Positions 11,821-24,100 of a stretch of DNA of 64,000 nucleotides are shown here, piece after piece; position 1 is the stretch's first letter; each line of letters begins with the position of its first letter. The DNA lies in NCBI GenBank assembly GCA_044892525.1, contig CM097885.1, positions 16,058,001 through 16,122,000 of the forward strand. The letters are read 5' to 3'. Under the pieces are notes generated by a model. It was not told where the DNA came from. It saw nothing but the letters and a program-made list of their open reading frames with translations, and ran no database searches. Both the position numbers and the translations under genes were made by a program. This stretch comes from Schmidtea polychroa. Taxonomy: Eukaryota.

Positions 11821-12199
11821 CAACAAATACAACATCAAAAAGAACCGAACAACAGCTTTCTTTGCAGTATTGGGCCAGAACGACTGGAAAACCTTTAATT
11901 CCCAAGCATATCTCCTCAACTGACTTCTATATATCCAAAACTTCGTAACCTAGAATATCTTTTTTTCTAACTACAATAATAACTAAAAAAAGGAAAATTA
12001 CAACACATTTATAACGAACATTCATTTAATTTTTGATGTTGCACAAGTCTAATAAGAATCCATAGAGTTACAGAATTACATCAAGTCTGAAATTTGAGTC
12101 GTCTAAATCAGCATTAAAGAAAATATAAGGCTGCTGGGCCAGTGTGATGGTGGATTGGGTTGTACTTGTTGAAGGCATTGGAGGGATTAATTGGAGAAT

Positions 12200-12729
12200 T
12201 AATAGCGGCTAACTCGGCTAGCCATCGGGCATTTGCCCGCTGTCGGCGCAGTCTGTGGGTCTCTGCGTATTGATTTCAATTTGCCGGAGATGGAGTCGCT
12301 ATTGGTACTGGTACTACGGAAACTGGTTGGGGCGTTGGAACTTGAGTTGTTTAAACAGGTTCTACTACACCACTGCTGGGAGGTAAGTGATGACTGAAGA
12401 TCACATCTAAGTTCATTAAGGCCGCTCCTTGTGTGATTCGAGCTTCCAATTATTTTGCCGTGTACATCTTGGGCAACGGCTCATGTTTTTTTCTAATTAC
12501 TAACCGTTGCGCCAGACTTTCCGTTACAATTTCCTGTCTAGTCCAGTCTAAGTGAAAGATGCGCTGATGTAATGTATGGGCCTTATCTGGTGAGAACCAA
12601 GTTGCCTCAAACTGATTTAGTCCTTTTGGTTTTCTTCTCGGTTGCTTCCTTAATTTCTGGATTTATTCTGTCAAATGTACCTCTCTGGGTGAAAGAGTTT
12701 TATTAGCCTAAGTTGGAAGCTTTTGCCAT
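12200..12729 (-). pseudogene. Distant degenerate homolog (copy C) of the 253-aa orphan ORF family
   Basis: Minus frame FEATWFSPDKAHTLHQRIFHLDWTRQEIVTESLAQRLVIRKKHEPLPKMYTAK*LEARI aligns with YEGTWFSPPQMKEERSKILRLEHCRDSLLEESRCQRLTIKAQSEALHKVYTEAELAKRV; it has stops and frameshifts. Confidence 0.6.
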
Positions 12730-12849
12730 TTAAAGATGGGAAATTTAACTGATGAAAGTTATACGCTTCACACATTTCAAAGAGGAATTTGAAGTCATCA
12801 CTCCAACCAGGGTTTTCACTCGGTGTGAGTGTCTCTTCTCTTCTATATT

Positions 12850-13190
12850 ATCGCTCAAGAATTTCATATTCGCTGGAAACGGATTAAATAAAACTATAGT
12901 TCATATTGGGCTTGACCGAACGTGTCGGGACACAATAATCAAGCAAATGGCGAATAATCAGGTCAAGTACATGGCTTTGGCAACCGATAAACTGTGGTTT
13001 TTCTAATATTTTCCTTTCGAACTCTCTTTGAATTCGAATTACACTCCATTTGTTAACAGATGTCGTGTCACACGATCATTTGAATATTTTTCCAAGCATC
13101 AAACTTGTCTAACAAATTCGTCATTGAATCAAAAATAACGTCTGCTGAGCCACTTTGGCAAATGAGAATTCCCAGGTTCAAATAGCGATA
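12850..13190 (-). pseudogene. Probable DNA transposase relic (hAT-like)
   Basis: MIVC-DTTSVN...KPQFIGCQSHVLDLIIRHLLD has the DTT.N and CxxH pattern of hAT-type DDE cores; frameshifted. Confidence 0.45.
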
Positions 13191-13231
13191 ATTTAGACCT
13201 GACGCTTTCGTTTCGTTGCTGTTGATATAAG

Positions 13232-14884
13232 TGTAGCCATCCAAATATTAAAATATAAAATGTTTTAATATTAGGATAGTTTGTTTAAATATTCAAACAT
13301 TGTTATTAAAATATAATTTGAAATGTCAGCGTAACCATGAACGGTGCGATGGAAGCCTTCAACCAATATCATTTTTCTCAAGGAAACTCAGCTCAACAGA
13401 ACAAAAATATTCAACATTTGACAGAGAGCTGCTTGCAGTTTACCTGTCCGTTAAAAATTTTAAGCACTACCTGGAATCAAACGAATTCTGTCTAAAAACT
13501 GATCATAAGCCGCTCATTCACATGAGTTCGATGAAAAATCCTTCAAATCGTCAATGGCGATGGATCAACTACATTTACCAGTTTAACTTCAACATTCATC
13601 ACACAAGAGGTCAAGACAATCAAGTTGCTGACTTTCTATCGCGACAAAGGGAGACAGAACCTCAAGAAGCCATAGTTAATAATATCAAGCTAACAGAATT
13701 AATTATCCAACAAAAAGACGAATCCTTTATTAAATCACTGAAATCAACGACTTTGAAGTTACAGGAAACTGAAAATGGCGTTCTTGTTGATGTCAACAAC
13801 AACATCGTCAGGATAATTCTACCCGAAGTCTTTAGACGGCTAGAATTCAACCGTCTACATAACAGGCGCCACCCTGGGGCAAATGCGACGATCAAAATGA
13901 TTAAACAGAAATATGTTTGGCCAAAAATGAGAAGTCAGATACGTAAATGGTGTAAAGAATGCGAATCATGCCAAAAGAACAAGATAAATAGACATACTAA
14001 ATCAAAACTAGGACAACTACCAGACAGAGGTAAATTTAAAATAATTCATATTGACATAGTAGGTCCATTGCCCTCAGTCAACAACAAAAGGTTTCTTTTG
14101 ACAATCATTGACAGATTCTCCTCATGGCCGGAAGCTTTTGCAATAAATGAAATAAACAGCTCAAGCATAGTTAATATACTCGAAAAAGAATGGATTCCTC
14201 GATATGGAGCGCCAGAAATTGTCATTACTGACAATGGCAGACAATTTGTCTCATCAACTTTCAAGGAGCTGTGCTCAAAATATGCCATCGAACATCGACA
14301 TACAACTGCATACCATCCTCAGTGTAATGGCAAAGTCGAAAGATGGCACAGAACATTAAAAGCAGCTCTTCGAACACATTCCGACAATGCCAATAGAAGT
14401 TGGGCTAACGACATACCGGCAGTTATGCTTGGCTTAAGAAACGTCACATCAGAAGAAACCGGTCTATCACCAATGCAAGCGGTTTTTGGAACCGATTCCA
14501 GAATGCCAGGTGACATCGTACTAAAAAAATTGAAGAAACGCAAATGCAACGAAAGGTCATACTTTCCGAAAGAATTAAAAACATGCAGTCACGTATGGAT
14601 GGTCAAAGAATCAAGGTCTTCCCTTCAACCAATATATGAAGGACGCTTCAAGGTCATTAGTCGCAGTGAAGATTTCAAAACATATCAAATTGAACAAAAT
14701 TCAAAGATAGTCAGAGTCTCAGTTGACAGACTAAAAGCCGCATTTTCAAGTTAAGATACTCCATAATCTACGTTGGGGGTTTATGTAGCCATCCAAATAT
14801 TAAAATATAAAATGTTTTAATATTAGGATAGTTTGTTTAAATATTCAAACATTGTTATTAAAATATAATTTGAAATGTCAGCGT
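13232..14884 (+). mobile_element. Internally deleted Ty3/gypsy LTR retrotransposon
   Basis: Identical 101-bp direct repeats starting TGTAGCC at 13232 and 14784, with a G-rich tract before the second. The interior holds only RNase H and integrase. Confidence 0.8.
13300..14754 (+). CDS. Gypsy pol C-terminal ORF (RNase H plus integrase), no RT, protease or gag
   Basis: PISFFSRKLS.TEQKYSTFDRELLAVY, TDHKPL, H..H..YVWP..C..C, HIDIVGPL, VITDNGRQF, NGKVERWHR, LQPIYEGRFKV. Confidence 0.85.
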   Translation: MLLKYNLKCQRNHERCDGSLQPISFFSRKLSSTEQKYSTFDRELLAVYLSVKNFKHYLESNEFCLKTDHKPLIHMSSMKNPSNRQWRWINYIYQFNFNIHHTRGQDNQVADFLSRQRETEPQEAIVNNIKLTELIIQQKDESFIKSLKSTTLKLQETENGVLVDVNNNIVRIILPEVFRRLEFNRLHNRRHPGANATIKMIKQKYVWPKMRSQIRKWCKECESCQKNKINRHTKSKLGQLPDRGKFKIIHIDIVGPLPSVNNKRFLLTIIDRFSSWPEAFAINEINSSSIVNILEKEWIPRYGAPEIVITDNGRQFVSSTFKELCSKYAIEHRHTTAYHPQCNGKVERWHRTLKAALRTHSDNANRSWANDIPAVMLGLRNVTSEETGLSPMQAVFGTDSRMPGDIVLKKLKKRKCNERSYFPKELKTCSHVWMVKESRSSLQPIYEGRFKVISRSEDFKTYQIEQNSKIVRVSVDRLKAAFSS

Positions 14885-15951
14885 GTTCTTCTCCCAACAA
14901 TAAGTTTAAATGAACTCCCAATTTTGGAAGTTTTTGATAAAGTAATGAGAATGGAATTGAAAGAGCGAGAAAATAAACATTATTTAAACAACATTCTATA
15001 ATATAGGATTCCTATATATGACACAATTAGCTCTTTTCAGCTGAAATCAGAACTTTATTTTTAAACGTTATTAATCAGATAAATTAAGAATTATCACATT
15101 ATTGTTACTCTGTTTCCATTATAGAATTGGAGGCATAGAATGGTAAACAACGACAATCTGGTAGGACAGTTTCTTAAATGTAACATTTAGCTTGGAAATT
15201 AGGGTTTTTAAATAGGAATATTAACTAGAAAATCTAAAAAAACACCTAGATCACACTTTGCCATATAATTTTTAGATCCTTATGAGAGCGCCACGGTTTT
15301 TCAAAATTTAATAACCCCGACAGCAAAAATGCGATTTACAAAAAAATGTTTGCTTTACAGGCAAGCATTGCTATTTTATATACGACTCTATTTAATGATG
15401 AGAGCAATTATCTCAACATATCACAATTATAATAGCGATATAGATGTTATTAATATAATAAAGATATAAATGGCAGAGATCAATTATGATAGAAATCGGA
15501 ACCACAGCCACAATAGAACGACTAAATAACACTGATCGTAATCATACAAAGATGATAGTCATGAAAGTGGGAATAATCATAATAGTACTGGTAGGTTTCA
15601 GGTAAACTATATTTTACACTCTAGTATTGTAGTAGGAATCCAAAAAGCTTTACGTGAAACTTTGGCAATAAACCGGATAGGAATAAGTCAGAGAATCGGT
15701 AACTCCTCCATATTAATTATTTAATTCCTGTAAAGTACATTGATTTCATAAACATAACAGCCTGTTTCATGTAACTCGTGCGACTGTCAAGCAAACATTA
15801 ATAAAATCTAAAACCAACAAAAATCAAAAAATACAGAAGAAACGTTTATTTACAAATTGTAAGCTTAAATAATCGTTTAAAATATACGCGGCATTTGTAC
15901 AGATCCAATCGCATCATCCAATAGAATTGTGTATCACCGACACAAAATGTG

Positions 15952-15993
<42 letters not shown>

Positions 15994-16505
15994 TATAGAA
16001 AGGGCAATAAAAACAGTACAAATCAAAAATATTAAAATTCTATTTAGTTCAATTAAAAATGTATATAATTATTAATAATAATGATAATATCATGGTAACC
16101 AGGGAGGAGCATAGATACATATATATGTACACGTACCGCTGCTAGATGATGGTGTAAATATATCCCAGTGCTAAAAGGCGCTGCTGTCCATACCAGTGAT
16201 GGGTGATACCGATGTGTTGCTATTACCGTTGCTAATCATCATCATCATCATAATAATAATAATAGTTATTACAAGCACAGATCATTACAACCATATATAC
16301 ATATACATCACAGGCCAAATGGCTTCAATAAATCCACACAAACACATATCATATTATATTATATATTATATATCATATCATTCTCTCTGGCAGCCCCTCA
16401 TCTGAATTTCGCTTCGATGACAACCATTTTCTTTTTAGATCTGGACTTACCAGATTTAGTTTTTGAATTGTTGACAGCTGGTGGTGGAGTAGTTTTTTCA
16501 ATGTC

Positions 16506-16546
<41 letters not shown>

Positions 16547-17606
16547 TAAAAAAAATTAATTAATTTTATAATAAAATAATAATTAATTAAATAATAAATA
16601 AAATATAAGAAAAATAAATAATAATAATAATAATAATATTTAAAATAATAAATAGTAATAATTAATAAAATATTATTAAATAAAAATAATTATGAGCGAT
16701 TATTAATTAATGTAAAATATATTAAAAGTAATTAATTAATTTTAATAAAATTATAAAAATTTAAATAATAAAATTTTAATAGTAGAGTAATAATAAAATC
16801 GAATTTTTATTATTAAAAAAAATATTAACAAAATTTAAATAATAGAATATAATTGATATTATTCAGTCTTAATAAAAATAAATAAATAATATTTAAAATA
16901 ATATTTACAAAAAAATTAATATTAATAATTAATAAAATATAATTAAAATTTTAATTTAAAAATAATATATAAAAATAATAAAAAATTAATAATAAAATAA
17001 AAAATATTAATAAAAATACATAAAAACTAATAATATTTAAAATAATTAAAAAAAATATTAATAAAATGTGATTAAATAAAAACAATTGTTTAAGAAAATT
17101 AAATAATAGTAAGATATTGGAATTGAAAATTTTCAGTCTTAATAATAGTTATTAATTGAAAAAAATATATATTAAAAATAATTAATTAAAAATATTACGA
17201 ACAAAAATTAAATGATAATGGAATTTTTAGTCTTAATAATAATATATTTTAATAATAATTAATTAAATAATGAAATGAATAAAGTAATAATGAAATCTAT
17301 TTTTTCCAGTCTTAATAATAATAATTAATAATAAATAAAATATAATAAAAATTAAAAATAATATATAAAAATAATCAAATAATAAAAAATATTATTAAAA
17401 AATAAATATTAACAAAAATTTAATAATTAGATGAAGTTGATAAATAAAAATACATAAAAACTAATAATATTTAAAATAATACTTACAAAAAAATTAACAA
17501 AAATAAAATAATAAAATGTCATAGAAATTAATAATTAATAAATACAAATAATAATAAAATATATGATTAAATAAAAATGATATAATAGTGAAAATCGATA
17601 GCTAAC

Positions 17607-19900
17607 CTGCCAAGTGTCCGCTGCTTGATAGTCAGAAAGCTCCTGGCGTTTAGCGATAAATTCCAATACAAAATTGCAGGTGAACTTAGAATCGCCCAGC
17701 CACTGGATAGCCATTTCCATAACCTAGAGAAGGAAATCCAAAATCAAATCGAATCGCAACCCCTCGACACCCATTACCTCCTCATTTGGCACCTCCTTTA
17801 ACAACTCGATCACAGTATTTAATTCGAACTCTTCGGAGAATTTAGCGAGCCTTTTCAAGCACCATTTAGTCAGCTGATCCACTGATCCGATTTCTTGCTT
17901 ATAATTAGACGCAACTGGCGCTTGATGTTATTGTTGCTGCTGTCTATGAACCGGATTGATCGATGGCTATTTCATATTACAATTCCATTCCCCATAAATA
18001 TATAACCATTTTACTTCGTTTATTTTGTGGTTCTGTGGTTTAGAATTGCACTCGGCCGTTACCACCGCGGCTGGCACCACCACCTTATTATGTACAGGAA
18101 CATCGCTGGGAATCATATCCCAGATCGATTTGCCAACTGGGATCTGTGCGGGTTTGGGTGTCTGCTTCAGCAATGACTCCTTGAATGACTACAAGAACAG
18201 AAATCATCATCTTCTTGTAATTTTATTCAATTCCAATTCATTACTGTCACTTTATTCGTTTCTATTTGATTAACTTTCATTGCTTTTTCTATTTCTTTAG
18301 TTTTCTTGGCTTTCAATGCTTCTTCGGCTTGGATTTCTACAAGTGATTTGGCTGCAGGAGAAACATTTTGAGACAAAGTTTGTCCTGATTTCCAAGTGGA
18401 AGGAGTTTCAGTTTTATTTTGACTGGTCTTTAAATTATTCCATTATAAAGATTTGTATTATAATTACAGAATAATTATTGGATTATTATTGAATTATTAT
18501 TGAATAATTATTGGATTAATGAATTATTATTGGATTAATGAATTATTATTGGATTAATGAATTATTATTGGATTAATGAATTATTATTGGATTAATGAAT
18601 TAATATATGATTAATGAATAATTATTGGATTAATGAATTATTATTGGATTATTGATTTATTATTGGATTAATGAATAATTATTGGATTAATGAATTATTA
18701 TTGGATTAATGAATAATTATTGGATTAATGAATAATTATTGGATTAATGAATTATTATTGGATTAATTAATAATTATTGGATTAATGAATAATTATTGGA
18801 TTAATGAATTATTATTGGATTAATTAATAATTATTGGATTAATGAATTATTATTGGATTAATGAATTATTATTGGATTAATGAATTATTATTGGATTAAT
18901 GAATTATTATTGGATTAATGAATTATTATTGGATTAATGAATAATTATTGGATTAATGAATAATTATTGGATTAATGAATTATTATTGGATTAATTAATA
19001 ATTATTGGATTAATGAATAATTATTGGATTAATGAATTATTATTGGATTAATGAATAATTATTGGATTAATGAATAATTATTGGAATAATGAATTATTAT
19101 TGCATTAATGAATTATTTGTGTTATTTTTAGATTAATGAATTATTAGTGTTATTATTGGATTATTGAGCTATTAATGGATTAAAGTAATTACTGTATAAA
19201 AAGTGCAAATTTAAAATCAATACAGAGAGAAAAATCCTGATATTGCCCATAATTTATTGAAACACGTGGAATTCAACATGCATTTAAATTCCCGACCAAT
19301 CACATGGAATCACGCGAGAATAACAATAATTTTTGCCCAAAATTTAAATAATATGAAAAAAATAAAATCAATTACTTCATTTGATAATTCTAATTTTTTT
19401 AAAACTTCATGTTGCTCTTTTGCTATTTTTTCTTTCAAAGTTTCTTCAGCCTGGATTTGCAGCAAAGATTTTGTTGCAATTACCGGAGGTTTAATCAAAG
19501 CTGGCATGTCATTTTTTATAGATTTTTCCTTTTCAGTAAATAACTTAATAAATATAAATTCAATTGAAATTGGTTCCTAGTTGGTAAATAACAAGATTAC
19601 TGGAATTTTGTTTGATTCAGACAAATTTGTTGATTTTGATTGCTTGTTTTTTCTATTACCTACTTCTACTATTTTCGGTTTTACTGTTCCATCAACTTTT
19701 ACTTTTAACTGAGATTCCTTTAGAGTTGGTAATTGTTCTTTTATTGATTTATCGGAATCTTTCATAACAACAGAACTGTCAGACAATTTATTTTCTGTGC
19801 CCATTTGATTGGGTGATTTTTGAGCCTGAGGAGCAGCATTCCAAATTGACTTTACCTGTTCTACTTTGCAAGTTTCTTTTGGCGAAGTATTTCGTACAAC
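17607..19900 (-). CDS. GIGYF-family protein, C-terminal exons only (GYF domain not seen; last exon possibly near 16400-16506)
   Basis: Spliced exons give two KSL(L/V)(Q/E)IQAEE motifs and LTKWCLKRLAKF..LLKEVPNEE|VMEMAIQWLGDSKFTCNFVLEFIAKR. This resembles the GIGYF1/2 C-terminal domain (FTQWCE..FLKEVES..YLGDT..FAKQFLERR). Confidence 0.6.
18480..19150. repeat. Intronic minisatellite, 19-bp unit (aatgaattattattggatt), about 30 or more copies
   Basis: Direct periodicity of 19 nt, for example 18841 and 18860. Confidence 0.9.
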
Positions 19901-21134
19901 CTATTGGAGAAAATGAAAATAATTGAAGAAAAACTATAACTTAATCAATATCTGCCAGTCTATTATAATCAATATTTTACGTATTTTAACTGTTTAATCA
20001 ATATTTCAATATAACGATAATGCCGAGTAATGGATAAATATTGAAACATAAATTCCAACATAAATATCGATCTACACAATTCTAATATCAGATATTGTGC
20101 AGATCAGACTTGAATATATATATTTTGATCAGATTTGAAAGTAACTGTGATATAGGAAATAATATAAATCAATAATTACATTGGCTAAAATTTAGTTTTG
20201 ATAAATATGATAAATACTCGACAAAGATTACATTTAAATGGGATTGGTAACTGAAGTACGAGAAAGCAAATATAGAAATTTTAATTTACTAGTCATTAAC
20301 ACAACACCAAAAAAGATTGCCAAATTCAGATTAAAAATTATTGTGTTGAATAGCGAAAAATAGCGATTTAATTTTGATCAATAGACGTGATGAAAATAAA
20401 TGAAATGTTAAAATAAAACAAAAAACAGAGAAAAGGATTTTATAGATAATATCAATAAAATAATAATTTTTTAAAAATTAAAGATAAATATGATAAATTG
20501 AAAAACCATAAGAAAATAATTGAAATGGACTCAAATTAATAAATTATCCTTCCAATGCCTATTTTTAGTACAATGAATCTTTTTTTATATATAATAAATT
20601 ATTTTGTAATTTATTAATAAAATAATTGATTTATTTTAAAAATAAATCAATTTCAATTATTTTAAAATTTCATTTATTTTCATTACAACATCAGATCAAA
20701 AATTATTGTTCAATAGCAATAAATGAAATTTTGATCTATAATCGTAATCAAAATAAGTGAAATGTTAAAAAAATAAAAACAGAGAAAAGGTGAACAGAGT
20801 AAAGGATTTTATGGATAATATCAATAAAATAATAAAACTTTTTTTCAAATTTCACCACTAATTTATTTTCCATTATATTTATAGAAAGAAGAGCTTGAAG
20901 AATATGAATCAGTAAATTTATCAAAAACATCGATATATTTTCAGGCTTTTTAATAAATATTTTATATAGGGAATGGAATAATGCGGGCATTTCAATTGTA
21001 ACAATCTATATCAACACCTGGTATTCTGAGATCATCATTGATGTATATTGTTCCTCTCCTCTTGCTTGATTGGTTTCAGTGATTACATAGAAGGGAATAT
21101 GCATACTTTTTAGGATTTTAGTATATTTAGTTAT

Positions 21135-24100
21135 TTCAACAATCTGTTGGCATATGTGGGGAAAAGAAAATTATTGCATGCATTACCATTACACACACCA
21201 TGCATCATTACTCCGCTCAGATGCTCCCCATACATACACCAAATGATCATGTACATATTCCCACGCATGAGCCCGTGGTGATGTTCCACGTTGGTGCTGC
21301 TCACACGGGTTGGAAAAGGTTAGCAGGTGAGCCTCTGCCTTAAGACTACTCCTAACCCTTTCTCGGTTCGGGTTCCATGGCGCCTTAGAAGGTCTTACCC
21401 AGTTCTACATACATAATTCAGTCCGACCTTGGTCCAAGGGGACGACCTTGTATTATTACTTACATTCGACATCATCCTTTCACTCGTATCAACTTCGATA
21501 TCCCACCTGTTAAAATCAATCGTCAGAAACAATAAGAGATGTATTAACTCATAACAAATCATTACACGCAGAATAATCAAGAACTGTTTTATATGTAAAC
21601 ATTCAGTATTTATAAACACTCAAGTTCACTTCGGGACCCTGCATAGAACAAGGCACCTTTGAATTGATCAATCGAAGGGTTCTCCGTCCGCAAGCATTTC
21701 GTCGATATCGACCGGTAATCGTTGGTTAGAAATGTACTTGATGCCTTCTGCCGGTATTACACGAAAGATTTCCTTAGTTGGGATGAAATGGCTGGAGGAT
21801 ATTTCTCTTATGGTAGATTGAGCTACAGATAATGACGCCTCGAGAGCAGCCATCGCATCTCGGCGTTTCTGATTTTTCTCGCCCCGGGTTGGCCGTTTCC
21901 GTTTGCGAGACGACGGGGGATTGTCAGTGTGCGGCGTGACGACGGGTGCCACCAGAATTGGAGCCAAGATGGGATCGGTAGGTCCACCTAACAAGGGTTG
22001 ATAACCCGATAAGGTTGGAGCTGGAACGGGCGGTAGGCACGATCCATGCCCTTGGCAGCTCGTAGTAGTCGGTTTGGATACTTGATGATGAAGAGGGAAG
22101 ACGTTCATTTTCTCTATGACGGGAAATTCCCGTACCCGCTTGGCTAGTTCTGCCTCCGTATAAACCTTGTGGAGGGCTTCTGATTGGGCTTTGATTGTAA
22201 GCCGTTGGCAACGGCTCTCCTCCAGCAAGCTATCTCTACAATGTTCTAGCCGCAATATTTTACTTCTCTCCTCCTTCATTTGTGGCGGGGAGAACCACGT
22301 GCCTTCGTAAAGGTCGATTCTTTTCTTTAAAGCCCCGATGTATAGATGGAGCTGCGCGATATCTGCATTTTTATCTGCGCAGGAGAAACATGGGCGAAGA
22401 GTTTTCTCAGCAGTTGTAGGAGTAGTCATCTAAAGAATGAGAAGTCCTTTATTTACATCATTAAAATCCTTTCTACTATTTATTTTTTTTTATAACGTGA
22501 GCTTTATCCTACCACATATGCATACAATCAGGATTGACCCCACATTCATACCTTTGACATCACTTAACTCATCCAAACCGTAAACCTTCAAATCAACTCA
22601 CCCCATCGTTCGTAATGAAAAGAAAATGAGAACCATCAAACGTTATTTCTCTACTCATATTGATATTGTACCTAGGTTCCTGGGTCGACAATTATCATCT
22701 AATCGCAATAAGTTACTTCTTACCACCGATATATTTTTTTCACTTTTATTTATTATTACCTATTAAATGTGGGTCTACTCCCTGGTTTTTATGGCTTATT
22801 GAGTTATGCCTGCTTTAATTTAAAAGAAGTAGTTCCATACTGTTGATGCACTTTGCGCTGTATTAAGTTAAAACGAATTTGTTAAAATTTATTATAAGTA
22901 TTAATTTCCCTCATAAATTATAATTTAATTATTTAAATTTTCGCATTTCATGTTGTCATAACGACGCATATCGGTATGTAGTCGTGTACTGGTTTCAGGC
23001 TCTACCTGATGTGCACTAATGTGTATTATCTCGTCTTATTCAATTATCGCTGTCCCCCCTTAACAACTTCTAGACATTGTGTCTGTTAGTGTACTTTGAT
23101 CTCGTCGTTTATTTATGCATGCCTACTAACACATTCTACTATGACGCAATGATGATGTCGACTCACTCACGTCCCTTGTATTAGTGGATTTATCTGTGTG
23201 TAGGTTTGGGTCTGCTTATCTCAGTTACAGCATTATTAGTAGATGGGCTAGACGAATGGAAGATAAGGAGTCAGACTTATAGAAGTAACGATTGTTGTGA
23301 TTTCAAGATTGCCCAAATCTGTTATCGGTTGAAAAATGGATTTAACTCTTGTGTTGTTGACTATTCTCAAAAACCTAATCGTCTCATCGATTTGGCGCAG
23401 GTCGTTCCACAGTCGAACCGCTGGAATATTTTATCTATGCTGCTTGCTTCTCTACAATAGTCGTTTCTCGATCAGATGGAAAAATTTATCGATAATTGGT
23501 TCGAAATGGTCGAATGATAATTTCCTTTAGGACTATAGTAAGTGCTTATGATTAATTAGAACTTTGCTGTTTACTTTTCTGTCAGGGCGAATCCTTATCG
23601 ATGACAGTAGCTAATCGAAGGTTGATAATTAAGTCTCCTCCACGTCAAATGACATATCACCGCGATGGGTTTAATCGCTAACGCTTTCTTAATTTATCCA
23701 TTCTTAGAAATATAGAATATTCCAGATTTTTATCATTCATCAAGAAAACGAAAATGGACGTTAGAATTATCAGTGAAGTTCGAGAATTTCATCACCCTCA
23801 AGGATAGTCGGTATTCATATTCTGACGACAGGAGGTGACCTAACTCTGAATTGAATATGGCCGAACTCAAACTCGGATTAAATATCGAAAAATGTGGTCG
23901 ATCTCCTAGAATTTCCAGTCAGCGTGTTGTCGGCATCGAAACCGTATCGCTCAGAAGCTTCCTCAATAGAAAGTTTTCGACGGCTAATTTTATGGATATC
24001 ACTCGATGAAAGGATCGTTGACTCGATTTGTTTTCTCTCACAGGGTTTCCTTACCCCTCCCAAACCACCCAAGGACAGTACGCATTTCTGCCTACTACCC

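Noticed and set aside
18480-19150. CRISPR-like array (also the 21-bp repeats at 33.2-34.0 kb and 63.8 kb)
   Set aside because: Head-to-tail units with no unique spacers in a eukaryotic context; these are ordinary minisatellites.
21318-21385. Antisense tRNA-Leu or SINE-like segment (CTTAAGA loop, GGTTCGG box)
   Set aside because: No anticodon or acceptor stem, and the B-box A is missing.
21668-22429. 253-aa protein as Fanzor/TnpB, delta antigen or retroviral gag
   Set aside because: No RuvC acidic motifs, no CCHC knuckle, and no alignable delta-antigen sequence. Only generic helical and basic features are shared.
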